64,000 bases of DNA from Candidatus Saccharimonadota bacterium (GCA_017460625.1 JAFUAT010000003.1:222-64221), one strand, 5' to 3'. Counted from the stretch's first letter, positions 7,369 to 17,215 are shown. Numbers and translations: made by a program. Notes: a model not told the origin generated them from the sequence alone.

Positions 7369-8424
7369 ATGACTAAACGTAAAAAAGGCTTTAAATTCCC
7401 ATGGCGCGCTGTAATTTCAGTGCTTACTTTGGGTTTGGTTGGATATGTGATTTATCAAAACTGGGATGGATTTGTTGAAACCTTTGAAAATCTAAACCAT
7501 GCTAATATTTTTGTAATTTTGCTCCTAGTGCCAGAGCAACTGTTTATGTACTATTCTTGCGGACAGATTTTTTTCTCGTATCTTGAAAATAAATACAGGA
7601 TGATTTTTAGCAAAAAGGACAAGATGCTGATTTCTACTGAGCTTAATTTTGTAAATCGGGCGGTGCCAGCAGGGAGTTTGGGCGGACTAGCATATCTAAC
7701 TTATCGTTTGCGGCCGTTTGGAGTAAATGCTGGACAGGCAAGTTTCTTGTATATATTTAGATTTGCGGTGACGACGGTAGTAAATTACGTGCAGGCTCTC
7801 ATTGCGATTTTGATACTTCTGGCACTTGGTTCTATACCGGAAGAAGCAACTTGGATTATTTGGGTGTCGCTGCTCATGAATATGGGAGTGTTTATGATAC
7901 TTGGTTTAGTAATTTATGTGGCAAGTAGCAAAAAACGGATTGCTTGGTTTGCGACGATTGTGGGAAAATTTATTAGTTTTTTGACGAGAACGGTGACATT
8001 TGGACACAAGAGGAGCTTGTTTAGGAAAGAGAAAATTCAAGATTATTTTTCTAGTATTCATGATTGCGTGGTGATTGTTAAAAAAGATAAGAAATCGCTT
8101 TTTAAACCTACAATGTGGGGGTTTATTTATAGTTTATGCGAGATTGGAGTATATTGGATTGTAGCATCGGCGATGGGGCGGCCAGAGATTTTGCCAGTGA
8201 TTATGGTGGGAGAAGCGATTGGCTCGGTGTTTGATGGGATTGTGCCTTATGGGCCGTATGAGCTTGGTATGGCGGGCGTGATGGGGATACTGCTTGGTGG
8301 AACCGAAGAAGCGGTGGCAATTTCGCTAATTACAGTGGTAATGGCAAGGGCACTATCTCTAATATTTACAATTGCAACTGGATGGTGGCCATATCAACAG
8401 GCAATAAGGAAAAAGGATGAATAA
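7369..8424 (+). CDS. Multi-pass membrane protein, lysylphosphatidylglycerol-synthase-TM/UPF0104 flippase-like
   Basis: About 8 TM segments; NFVNRAVPAGSLGG and IVPYGPYELGM motifs; start moved to the ATG after TATAAT 7357-7362. Confidence 0.65.
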   Translation: MTKRKKGFKFPWRAVISVLTLGLVGYVIYQNWDGFVETFENLNHANIFVILLLVPEQLFMYYSCGQIFFSYLENKYRMIFSKKDKMLISTELNFVNRAVPAGSLGGLAYLTYRLRPFGVNAGQASFLYIFRFAVTTVVNYVQALIAILILLALGSIPEEATWIIWVSLLMNMGVFMILGLVIYVASSKKRIAWFATIVGKFISFLTRTVTFGHKRSLFRKEKIQDYFSSIHDCVVIVKKDKKSLFKPTMWGFIYSLCEIGVYWIVASAMGRPEILPVIMVGEAIGSVFDGIVPYGPYELGMAGVMGILLGGTEEAVAISLITVVMARALSLIFTIATGWWPYQQAIRKKDE

Positions 8425-9451
8425 TAATTTTAATGGAGATTATTTAACTCCGACGGATTTTTTGGCGTTTTTAAATCAGACCATTGAATACGCGTATTCT
8501 AGTGTGACGATTGTGGGGGAAGTGAGTGAGTTTAAAGTAAACCAGGGTAAATGGGTGTTTTTCAATATAAAGGATGATGAGACGAGCGTACCTTGTTTTA
8601 TGACGTTATGGTCACTAAAGACTCCACTTGAAGATGGGATGAAAGTTATAATAAGAGGCGTGCCAAAAGTCACTAAATGGGGTAAACTGTCGGTGACGGT
8701 ATCTAAATATTCGCCAGTAGGAGAAGGGTCTTTAAAAAAGGCTTTTGAGATACTAAAGAAAAAACTAGCGGACGAGGGGCTATTTGATCCAGCAAAGAAA
8801 CGTAGTATCCCGGAAGATTTAACAAAAATCGGGGTGATTTCTTCTACTCAAGCGGCGGGATATGCGGATTTTATTAAGATTATTAATGCTAGATGGGGTG
8901 GAATAAAGGTGTATGTGGCTCACACTCAGGTGCAGGGTTTGGACGCTCCAGAACAAATGGTTCGGGCTCTGAAATATTTTAATGAACGTGGCGATGTAGA
9001 AGTGATTGCGTTGATTCGTGGCGGTGGTAGTAAAGATGATCTAGCTTGTTTTAATGATGAGGAATTGGTACGAGCAATTGCAGCGTCGAGAATTCCGGTG
9101 ATTACGGGGATTGGGCATGAGATTGATGAGACGCTTTCCGACCTTGCTGCAGACAAACGGGGTTCGACACCATCAAATGTGGCGGAACTCTTGACGAAGG
9201 ATAGAAAAAGCGAAAAGATTTTGGAAAAAGTGGAGCGAATTCGTGACAAAATTAATGCGGAAATAAGGATGCTTAGTAGCGAGCTTGCACAGAAAAAACG
9301 AATGATTGAAACGCTTAATCCAGAAAATGTTTTAAAACAAGGATATGCAATTATTGGCGGAGAATTGAAAGAAGGTAGTGTTGTAAAAATTACAACATTT
9401 GATTGGGACGCGGAAGCGAAGATAAATAAGATTAATGAAAGGAAGAAATGA
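8417..9451 (+). CDS. xseA: Exodeoxyribonuclease VII large subunit
   Basis: N-terminal OB fold (GEVSEF..W.FF.IKD), EGLFDPAKKR, IRGGGSKDDL..FNDE, ITGIGHEID, TPS. Confidence 0.95.
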   Translation: MNNNFNGDYLTPTDFLAFLNQTIEYAYSSVTIVGEVSEFKVNQGKWVFFNIKDDETSVPCFMTLWSLKTPLEDGMKVIIRGVPKVTKWGKLSVTVSKYSPVGEGSLKKAFEILKKKLADEGLFDPAKKRSIPEDLTKIGVISSTQAAGYADFIKIINARWGGIKVYVAHTQVQGLDAPEQMVRALKYFNERGDVEVIALIRGGGSKDDLACFNDEELVRAIAASRIPVITGIGHEIDETLSDLAADKRGSTPSNVAELLTKDRKSEKILEKVERIRDKINAEIRMLSSELAQKKRMIETLNPENVLKQGYAIIGGELKEGSVVKITTFDWDAEAKINKINERKK

Positions 9452-9645
9452 CAGAAAAAAGTTTAAACGAAAAAATAAAAGAATTGGATGAAAAAGTGGA
9501 GTGGTTTTATTCTGATGGTTTTAAACTCGAAAATGCGGTAGACAATTATAAAGATGCTTTGAAATTGTCCGAGGAGATTGAAAAAGACTTGAAAAATCTC
9601 AAAAATGAGATAGAAATACTTGACAAAGATTTTACTAAATCGTAA
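9448..9645 (+). CDS. xseB: Exodeoxyribonuclease VII small subunit
   Basis: 65-aa helical protein overlapping the xseA stop; LENAVDNYKDALKL pattern. Confidence 0.85.
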   Translation: MTEKSLNEKIKELDEKVEWFYSDGFKLENAVDNYKDALKLSEEIEKDLKNLKNEIEILDKDFTKS

Positions 9646-9664
9646 TTTGTGATATAATGTGATT

Positions 9665-10555
9665 ATGGATAATAGACAACCAATTTCTTCTGGTCCTACG
9701 CCTTCGGCGCAGCCGAACGGTCAGCCAGGCCAGCCACTTACCGCTGCTTTTACGCAGCCAATTACTTCGCCACAAGGTGCTGATATGAGTCAGCCGATGC
9801 AACCAGTGCAACCAGCACAGCCTATGCCTGAAGTACAACAAAATCCAGTTACTGGTGTGCCGATGATTATGCAGGCGGCTGCAGCGATTCCAGAGCCAAA
9901 AAAGGATTATAAGCCTTTGATTAAGACGATTGCAATTATTGCATTGTCGCTTATTTCGGTGACATTTATCGGTTTGTTTATTTGGATGTTTGTGCAGTAT
10001 GATGATGCACGAACAAATGTTGATGGACAGATTGCAGCGGCGGTAACAGTGGCCGTTGATGAGAACACTAAGAAACTTGAGAATGATTTTGCTGTGCGTG
10101 AAAAATATCCGTATCAGACTTTTGCTGGTCCGGAAGATTATGGCGGACTTACCTTTGAATACCCGAAGACTTGGAGCGTCTATATAGCAGCTGATGCTTC
10201 AAAGGGCGGAGATTTTGAGGCGTATTTGAATCCTGTAGAAGTAAACGTAGTAAGTAACGAAACGCTTGATGCGCTTAGAGTTAAAATACTAAACACGGCG
10301 TTTGATGACGTGGCGGCAAGATACCAGGGAGAGCTAGAAGGTGATGAGCCGAAACTTCGACTGGAAGCGGTGACAATTGGGCAAAATGGAGATATAAATG
10401 CAAACCGTTATACCGGCATAATTCCTGGGACTGAATTTAATGGTTATATCGTGATATTTAAGATTCGCGATAAGACTGCGATTATTCAAACTGATTCGGT
10501 GCTATTTGAAGAAGATTATAATACTCTGCTTTCGACAATTAAGTTTAACGCTTAG
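9665..10555 (+). CDS. Hypothetical single-pass membrane protein with P/Q-rich N-terminus
   Basis: Long ORF, one TM segment (IAIIALSLISVTFIGLFIWMFV), TATAAT 9653-9658 upstream. Confidence 0.7.
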   Translation: MDNRQPISSGPTPSAQPNGQPGQPLTAAFTQPITSPQGADMSQPMQPVQPAQPMPEVQQNPVTGVPMIMQAAAAIPEPKKDYKPLIKTIAIIALSLISVTFIGLFIWMFVQYDDARTNVDGQIAAAVTVAVDENTKKLENDFAVREKYPYQTFAGPEDYGGLTFEYPKTWSVYIAADASKGGDFEAYLNPVEVNVVSNETLDALRVKILNTAFDDVAARYQGELEGDEPKLRLEAVTIGQNGDINANRYTGIIPGTEFNGYIVIFKIRDKTAIIQTDSVLFEEDYNTLLSTIKFNA

Positions 10556-10612
10556 TTTTGACTGCATTTAATCTGGTGTAATCTCTGTCTTTTGGTGTAT
10601 AATATATATTAT

Positions 10613-11299
10613 ATGATGGAGGTAGATGGAGCGAGTGTAGTTTCTCGTGAGCTGAAACGGCCGCTTTTAGAGCTAAGACAGTTGGCGCTTGGTTTTGATG
10701 GGAACGGCGATGATGATGAGAGAATTCGAGCTGAGATGGTAAATGTGGCTGAGCGGGCAATGCGACAAGTGGATGACCTTTCTAGGATTGGGCGTCTTAA
10801 TGAACGTGAGTATCGTTTGGAACCGGTGGCGGTGAGGGCGGTATGTGATGATTGTTTGATGGAGCTTTCACGAATGTTTGGAAATAAAACTTGCGAAATG
10901 ACAGTGAAATATTCTAACCGGCATCGGTTGGTGATTGCAAATAAAGAACTTTTAAAGAGTGTGATTTACAATTTTCTTTTGGACGCGACACATTATGCGA
11001 GTGTGGATACGAAGGCAGAATTAAAAGTGAAGGAATCGAATAGAAGTGTCGCGGTGGAAGTAAGAGACTTTGGGCCAGCTCTTCCTGTGGATGTTTGGAA
11101 GGAAATGAGGGAAAATCTGATTAGGGAACCGAGCGATATTGTGATGAGGCCTGGTTCTTCTGCGGTGGGACTTTATATTGCTTCGCGATTTTCTAGGTTT
11201 ATGAATGCGGAGATTAGAGCGGTGCGACATATTGATGGAACTAGTTTTGTGTTGAAATTACCAATTTCAAGACAAAAGTCCATTTGGGGGATTTTATGA
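10613..11299 (+). CDS. Sensor-less histidine-kinase-like protein (HisKA/HATPase_c) with degenerate catalytic motifs
   Basis: SRELKRPL in place of SHELRTPL; N-box YNFLLDA; G1 DFGPA; G2 SSAVGLYIA. Confidence 0.75.
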   Translation: MMEVDGASVVSRELKRPLLELRQLALGFDGNGDDDERIRAEMVNVAERAMRQVDDLSRIGRLNEREYRLEPVAVRAVCDDCLMELSRMFGNKTCEMTVKYSNRHRLVIANKELLKSVIYNFLLDATHYASVDTKAELKVKESNRSVAVEVRDFGPALPVDVWKEMRENLIREPSDIVMRPGSSAVGLYIASRFSRFMNAEIRAVRHIDGTSFVLKLPISRQKSIWGIL

Positions 11300-11655
11300 T
11301 TTTGGTCTTAGACGACGACGCGGTTATTGGCAAATGTTTGCTTAGAATTATAAAGAAGAAAAATAAAACCGGACAACTGTTTAACAACGCAATTGAAGCA
11401 GTAAAAGTATTAGAAACGGAAGTTCCTGAAATGGTTTTTATGGATGTTTTTTTGACCGGACCGGATGGGTTTACGTTTTTGAATGAGCTGGCTTCGTATC
11501 CGGATACGATGAATATACCAATTGTGATTGTGAGTGAGAAAGATTTTTCATCTTATGATCTTTCTGAATATAATGTGGTAGCGACGCTTAATAAAAATAT
11601 GATGAAACCTGAAGACGTAGCCGAAATAATTGATAGATGCACGGATAAAAAATGA
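11296..11655 (+). CDS. Single-domain response regulator (CheY-like receiver)
   Basis: ILVLDDD, MVFMDVFLTGPDG, IPIVIVS, conserved Lys. Confidence 0.88.
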   Translation: MILVLDDDAVIGKCLLRIIKKKNKTGQLFNNAIEAVKVLETEVPEMVFMDVFLTGPDGFTFLNELASYPDTMNIPIVIVSEKDFSSYDLSEYNVVATLNKNMMKPEDVAEIIDRCTDKK

Positions 11656-12335
11656 TAGAAAATGCACCGAAGGATTTAAAAACGCGGGCGCTAGTGCTCA
11701 GACGGACAAATTATGGTGAAACAGATAGAATTATTAATCTGATTACGCCAGTTGGAAAAGTTTCTGCTATCGCAAAAGGGGTTAGAAAGGAAAAATCAAA
11801 GTTGGCGGGCGGAATGGAAATGTTTTGCTTGGTGGAAGTAAATTTGCATTTTGGAAAGAGTGAGATGGCGACAATGACTGGTGCTAGGATGCTTAAATTT
11901 TACCAAGGAATTTTGAAAGATTTGGGACGACTTGAACTTGCGTCTGAGTTTCTTAAAAAAATAAATCGGGTGGCTGAGAATGTGGATACGGCAGCGCATT
12001 TTGAGATTTTAAACAGTTGTCTTGCTGGACTTGATGCTGGTCTAAATCCTGGACTTATAGAATCTTGGTTTTTAATAAATTTAGCAAAATCTATGGGTGA
12101 GCAAATAAATCTATATACTGATGGTGAAGGAGAGAAATTAGATGCTTCTTGTTTATATGTTTGGGATTCGTTTGAAAAGGTTTTGAAGGTGCATCCTGAT
12201 GGACCGATTGATGCGGACACTATAAAAATTCTAAGACTTCTTTGGTCAACGGAACTTGGTGTGGTGGTTCGGATAAAAAACGTGTCGGATTATGTACCGG
12301 AAATATTAAATATTGCAAGAACGTTTGTAATCTAA
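11652..12335 (+). CDS. recO: DNA repair protein RecO
   Basis: ALVLRRTNYGETDRII.LIT..GKV.AIAKGVRK.KSKL. Confidence 0.92.
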   Translation: MIENAPKDLKTRALVLRRTNYGETDRIINLITPVGKVSAIAKGVRKEKSKLAGGMEMFCLVEVNLHFGKSEMATMTGARMLKFYQGILKDLGRLELASEFLKKINRVAENVDTAAHFEILNSCLAGLDAGLNPGLIESWFLINLAKSMGEQINLYTDGEGEKLDASCLYVWDSFEKVLKVHPDGPIDADTIKILRLLWSTELGVVVRIKNVSDYVPEILNIARTFVI

Positions 12336-12401
12336 AAATAGGAGTCTTTTAGTGGTCTTAGGCTCGAAGTTTCTTTGGTAGGAATATGATATAATATATA
12401 T

Positions 12402-13745
12402 ATGAGTAAAATAGAAGATGTTGTGAGTTTATGTAAAAGACGTGGATTTGTATTTCCGGGGTCTGATGTATATGGTGGTTTTGCTGGAACATGGGATTAT
12501 GGTCCGCTAGGGGTGATTTTAAAGAAAAAAATTATGGATGAATGGTGGGAATTTTTCGTGGAATCTCGCGAAGATATGTATGGAGTAGATGCAGCGATTT
12601 TGATGAATCCAAAAACTTGGGTAGCATCTGGACATACTGCGACATTTGCGGATCCTTTGGTGGAATGCAAGGAATGTAAATCGCGGTTTCGAGCGGATAA
12701 AATTGCGGATGGAATTAATGAATCTGTTTCTACAGAAGAATTTTTGGATTTACATGTAAAATGTCCGGTTTGTGGAAAAGAAAATTGGGGGCCGATTCGT
12801 AAATTTAATATGATGTTTTCTACGCATGTCGGAGCGGTACTTCCAGATGACGCGGGCGATTTGGCGGAAAAATCTATTGCGTATCTACGGCCAGAAACTG
12901 CGCAAGGGATATTTACGAATTATAGAAATGTAGTGGATACATTTTACCCATCTTTGCCTTTTGGAATTGCGCAGCAAGGAAAAGCATTTAGAAATGAGAT
13001 TTCGCCACGTGATTTTATTTTGCGAGATAGGGAATGTTCGCAAATGGAAATCGAATATTTTGTAAAACCAGATACGTGGGAAGAAAATTTCGAAAAAATG
13101 CGTGGGATTTTTCATGAGTTTTTGAATGAAAAAATGGGGCTTGATGCATCTTTGATTCACGAACTTGAAGTCGCACCAGAAGATAGAGCACACTATTCTA
13201 AACGAACGATTGATTATATGTTTGATTATCCTAATGGAACTGAAGAATTGATGGGGCTAGCATATAGGACTGATTTTGATCTTAACAATATTGCAAGGGA
13301 ATCCGGAAAGAGTATGGATTATCGCGATAAAGTCACAGGTGAGACGTTTGTTCCACACGTGATTGAGCCATCGATAGGCGTGGAAAGGCTATTTCTAGCA
13401 GTACTTTCCAATGCGTATACAGAAGATATGGTGGGAGATGATAAGAGAATTGTTTTGAAAATGCCGGAAAACTTGGCGCCTTATAAGTTCTGTGTGTCGC
13501 CACTGTTAAAGAATAAGATTGAGCTGGTTGAAAAAGCGCGTGAAGTATACGTACTGCTTCGTGAAAAGTATAGTAATGTAACGTGGGATGATTCTGGGAA
13601 TATCGGAAAAAGATATCGAAAACAGGACGAAATTGGTACGCCAAAATGTGTCGTGATTGATTTTGATACTTTGGAGGATAATTCGGTGACGGTTCGCGAC
13701 AGAGACACAACCGAACAGATTAGAGTAAAAATAGAAGAACTCTAG
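12402..13745 (+). CDS. glyQS: Glycine-tRNA ligase (homodimeric type)
   Basis: CKRRGFVFPGSDVYGG, YLRPETAQG, GKAFRNEISP, EPSIGVER, YRKQDEIGTP. Confidence 0.96.
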   Translation: MSKIEDVVSLCKRRGFVFPGSDVYGGFAGTWDYGPLGVILKKKIMDEWWEFFVESREDMYGVDAAILMNPKTWVASGHTATFADPLVECKECKSRFRADKIADGINESVSTEEFLDLHVKCPVCGKENWGPIRKFNMMFSTHVGAVLPDDAGDLAEKSIAYLRPETAQGIFTNYRNVVDTFYPSLPFGIAQQGKAFRNEISPRDFILRDRECSQMEIEYFVKPDTWEENFEKMRGIFHEFLNEKMGLDASLIHELEVAPEDRAHYSKRTIDYMFDYPNGTEELMGLAYRTDFDLNNIARESGKSMDYRDKVTGETFVPHVIEPSIGVERLFLAVLSNAYTEDMVGDDKRIVLKMPENLAPYKFCVSPLLKNKIELVEKAREVYVLLREKYSNVTWDDSGNIGKRYRKQDEIGTPKCVVIDFDTLEDNSVTVRDRDTTEQIRVKIEEL

Positions 13746-13785
13746 TTTTAATTAGAGTTCTTCTTTTTTGAATTTTAAAATAGAT

Positions 13786-14388
13786 TTAGAGTTCTTCTAG
13801 TTTGCTTTTGATGTTGTCTGCGAAGTTTTTAGCTTCTTTTGCGAATTTTACTTCTGGATGAGCTTCTTCGTAGCGAGCAATAGCGTCTTTAATTACTTTT
13901 TTCGCGGAAGCGGCGTCTTCAAAGGCTTTTACTTTTGTTGTGCCTGGTTTCTTTAGATCTTTGTAATGATTAAAGTGGAACTCGATTTGCTCCAATGTCC
14001 GCTTTGGCAAATCTTCTAGTTTTTGATATTTGTCGCCATTGTTGCGATCGTCATCTGGAACACAGATAATTTTGTCGTCTACTTCACCATCGTCTACAAA
14101 TTTCATGACGCCTAGAATACGACCTTTCATCCAGATACCAGTGGTAAGAGGCTGATCGGTAATCATAAGCACATCGAGCTCGTCTCCATCTTCATCTAGG
14201 GTTTGTGGAATAAAACCATAGTTACATGGTTTTGCAAAAGCAATTGGCTCGACTCTGTCTAGCATGAAACAAGCGCGTTCTCTGTCCCATTCGATTTTAT
14301 GATTGGAACCGGTTGGAATTTCGATAACTACGTTTAGTTCGCCCTTTTCATAATCGCCAGGGTTTAAAACTTTATTAAAATCTGCCAT
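13786..14388 (-). CDS. ppa: Inorganic pyrophosphatase (family I)
   Basis: EIPTGSNHKIE, NYGFIPQTLDEDGDELDVL, DDGEVDDKI, HFNHYKDL. Confidence 0.95.
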   Translation of the reverse strand: MADFNKVLNPGDYEKGELNVVIEIPTGSNHKIEWDRERACFMLDRVEPIAFAKPCNYGFIPQTLDEDGDELDVLMITDQPLTTGIWMKGRILGVMKFVDDGEVDDKIICVPDDDRNNGDKYQKLEDLPKRTLEQIEFHFNHYKDLKKPGTTKVKAFEDAASAKKVIKDAIARYEEAHPEVKFAKEAKNFADNIKSKLEEL

Positions 14389-14468
14389 TTTAACTCCTTT
14401 TAGTTTTTATAAAAATAATTATATCATAAAATTATGATTGTTTTTCTAATATGTGCTATAATAAGCTT

Positions 14469-16313
14469 ATGCATATATTGGTAGTGGGCAACGTTCTAAA
14501 GGATGTTTATCTAAATCTTGATTCTAGAAAAGAAAAATTTGAACAGGATAAATCTGGCACGGAATGGATTGATTTTAGTTTCGATGCTTCGGAGCACCAT
14601 TATTTCAATCGGATGAGTAGCTTTGGTGGTGCGGCGATTACGCTTGAAGTTTTGCAAAAAATGGGGCTTTCGTGTGATATCTCGGATACGAATTTTCATT
14701 TTGATGAAAATGGGCCAGTGAATAGTGGACCAACTTCTATGTATCGTTATATTTTGACTTCGAATACTGGAGTTTCTTATATTGCTCCAAGTGAAGAACA
14801 AAAAACTGCCTTTACTACGCCGACTGAAAAAGTTGATTATTTATTTGTGGATAGATCAGCGTGTTTAACTCCGTCCGTAATTGATAAGATAATTGCGTAT
14901 CTTGATTATTCCAAGAGAACAAAGCTGGTGCTGTACTTAAAAGATTTGGCAGTGGAGAATTTGGCGGGGCTGATTAAGAAGGCTGATTTGGTATTTTTGG
15001 AAGAAGGTCGGGGGCATTTGGAAAATTATTCAGAAAATAAGATTGTGTATATTTCTGAAAAGAAATTGAGCTATATGGATTGTTCTGAAAATATTGCGGT
15101 TAGTCGGATTGATCGTTTGACGCATCTTTCGGCGTATTCGATTGTTGCCGCGACGATTCTTGGTGGGTTTATTCTTGGCAAAACGGTAGAATATTCATTA
15201 AAGATGGCGAGAATTAATGTTGAAAATGCAACGCTTGATTCAACACTTGGAATTGACGAACTTGAGAATATCGCAACTTCTACGTCCGAGAGTAATTTGG
15301 AACTAATTGCGGCAACTCTTATGATGCCGGGCAAAGGAATTTTGGCGGCGGATGAATCTGGTGGTTCGATTCGAAAGAAATTTGAGACATTAGGAATTGC
15401 TGATAATTTTGAAAATCGCCATGATTATCGAAATATTCTTTTGACTACACCGGAGATTGATAAGTTTTTAAATGGCGTGATTTTGTTTGATGAGACGGCA
15501 AGGGATATGATGGATGATGGACAAAGTGTGCCGGAATTTTTGATAAGTCGAGGGATTGTTCCGGGTATAAAAGTGGATGAAGGTTTGAAACAATTGACGG
15601 ATTTTCCGGATGCTTTGCCGGAAGAAACATATACGGATGGGCTTCGTGATTTACCGGCGAGACTTCGTGAGTATTATCAGATGGGGCTTAGATTTGCAAA
15701 ATGGCGGGCAGCATTTGAAATTAGGATTAATAATGAAGGAAGAGTGCTTACTCCTACTACGGCTGCAATCGATGAAAATTGTCGGATTTTGGCGGAGTAC
15801 GCAGCAGCTTGTCAGTCGGCTGGATTAGTGCCAATCGTGGAGCCAGAAGTAATGTATAATGGGAACCATTCTATCGAACAATGTGCAAGAACGACTGGAA
15901 GGGTGCTTGATAAATTGTTTAAGGAACTAAAGAGACACGGAGTAAATCTGAAGGCCTGTATTTTGAAAGTAAATATGATAATGGCAGGGAAAGATTATTC
16001 TGGGAATAGCGTAAAAAGTGGAACTACCCCTGAAGAAGTTGGACGAGCAACGGCTAGATTCTTAAATGAATATGTGCCGGTTGATTTAGCTGGGGTAGTG
16101 TTTTTGTCTGGTGGGCAGACACCGGAGCAGGCCACTGATAATTTAGCTGCGATTATTTCTCATGGACCATTTGCTTGGCCGGTATCATTTTCGTTTTCTA
16201 GAGCTCTGCAGAACCCGGTACTTGAGGCTTGGCATGGTGATAATGCAAATACCGAGTATGCGAAGGTGGCTTTGTCTGAAAGGCTGATGGAGAATTGTAA
16301 AGTGCTAAGGTAG
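14469..16313 (+). CDS. fba: Fusion: degenerate PfkB/ribokinase-like domain plus class I fructose-bisphosphate aldolase
   Basis: The C-terminal half has GKGILAADES, GIKVDEG, AKWR, IVEPEV, LKVNM, FLSGGQ, SFSFSRALQ. The N-terminal half has VVGNVLKDVY..GGAA but no GAGD. Confidence 0.85.
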   Translation: MHILVVGNVLKDVYLNLDSRKEKFEQDKSGTEWIDFSFDASEHHYFNRMSSFGGAAITLEVLQKMGLSCDISDTNFHFDENGPVNSGPTSMYRYILTSNTGVSYIAPSEEQKTAFTTPTEKVDYLFVDRSACLTPSVIDKIIAYLDYSKRTKLVLYLKDLAVENLAGLIKKADLVFLEEGRGHLENYSENKIVYISEKKLSYMDCSENIAVSRIDRLTHLSAYSIVAATILGGFILGKTVEYSLKMARINVENATLDSTLGIDELENIATSTSESNLELIAATLMMPGKGILAADESGGSIRKKFETLGIADNFENRHDYRNILLTTPEIDKFLNGVILFDETARDMMDDGQSVPEFLISRGIVPGIKVDEGLKQLTDFPDALPEETYTDGLRDLPARLREYYQMGLRFAKWRAAFEIRINNEGRVLTPTTAAIDENCRILAEYAAACQSAGLVPIVEPEVMYNGNHSIEQCARTTGRVLDKLFKELKRHGVNLKACILKVNMIMAGKDYSGNSVKSGTTPEEVGRATARFLNEYVPVDLAGVVFLSGGQTPEQATDNLAAIISHGPFAWPVSFSFSRALQNPVLEAWHGDNANTEYAKVALSERLMENCKVLR

Positions 16314-16450
16314 AACTAGCTAATTTGCTTGCTGAGGTGAAAATCTGAAAAAATAATTTGATGGAAGCCTTCCGGTATTTCAGTACCGGCTTTCCATCAC
16401 TATTTTTTCAGATTTTCAGCCTTTTTAGGCAAGTAAATTAGCTAGTTCTA
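16311..16450. repeat. 140-bp imperfect palindrome (MITE/REP-like) filling the convergent fba-HAD gap
   Basis: Paired arms 16311-16332/16429-16450 (21/22), 16338-16355/16401-16418 (18/18), 16359-16366/16392-16399 and 16372-16377/16384-16389. Confidence 0.85.
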
Positions 16451-17215
16451 CTTTATTACGTTTAGAATGCCTTTCAAGGCAAAGGCGGTGTCTTCGTGGC
16501 TTCTTACGGTGATGGTGTCAATTCCCATTTGAACTACTGGGTAATCGTTGCCACCAGGTTGAGTCATATCTCCGAAGTAAAGAATGTCTTTCTTTTCTAC
16601 TTTTAGTTCTTCTAGGAGATGGGTCATGCCAAATTCTTTATTCATACCTGGAGTAATGGCGTTAATTGATGTGGTGCCGCCAATTTCGTAGTCGAATTCG
16701 GGAGCGTATTCTTTGCATTTTGCGACGATTTTTTCACGTTTTTTGCAGTCTGGGTCCCATTTATATTTGTCTTCTGTGGATGCTTTTTGCCCTAGAGCAG
16801 AGAAAGTGACTTGGGATAGGCGATTTTCGATGATTTCGTCGCCTGGAGCTAATTTGTCTTCTTCCCAGAAACCTAGTTCTTTTGCGGATTTTTCAATGGT
16901 CTCGCTGATTTTGGTAACTTGCTCATCAGTTAATGGGAAGCTATAAACTAATTCCCAATCGTTTTTTTCGATATTAAAACGGTAGTATTGTGTGCCTTGG
17001 GCTACGAATAAATGTAAGTGACTTAGTTCTTCTGGTGTAGGGTTGTCTAATCTATTAACAATTTGAATGAGGAATTGATCGAACTTTTGGCCAGAAATCG
17101 GGCATATTTCGAAGTAGTGAAGCAGATTCTTTAATAAATCAGCGATTTCGTCTGGGATTGGGGTTTTTGCTACGTTTAATGTTTGATCTATGTCGAATGC
17201 AAGTACTTTTTTCAT
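16448..17215 (-). CDS. HAD-IIB hydrolase, eukaryotic-type phosphomannomutase-like
   Basis: LAFDIDQTL, ISGQ, ENRLSQVTFSALGQ, GGTTSI, FGD...GGNDYP. Confidence 0.8.
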   Translation of the reverse strand: MKKVLAFDIDQTLNVAKTPIPDEIADLLKNLLHYFEICPISGQKFDQFLIQIVNRLDNPTPEELSHLHLFVAQGTQYYRFNIEKNDWELVYSFPLTDEQVTKISETIEKSAKELGFWEEDKLAPGDEIIENRLSQVTFSALGQKASTEDKYKWDPDCKKREKIVAKCKEYAPEFDYEIGGTTSINAITPGMNKEFGMTHLLEELKVEKKDILYFGDMTQPGGNDYPVVQMGIDTITVRSHEDTAFALKGILNVIK

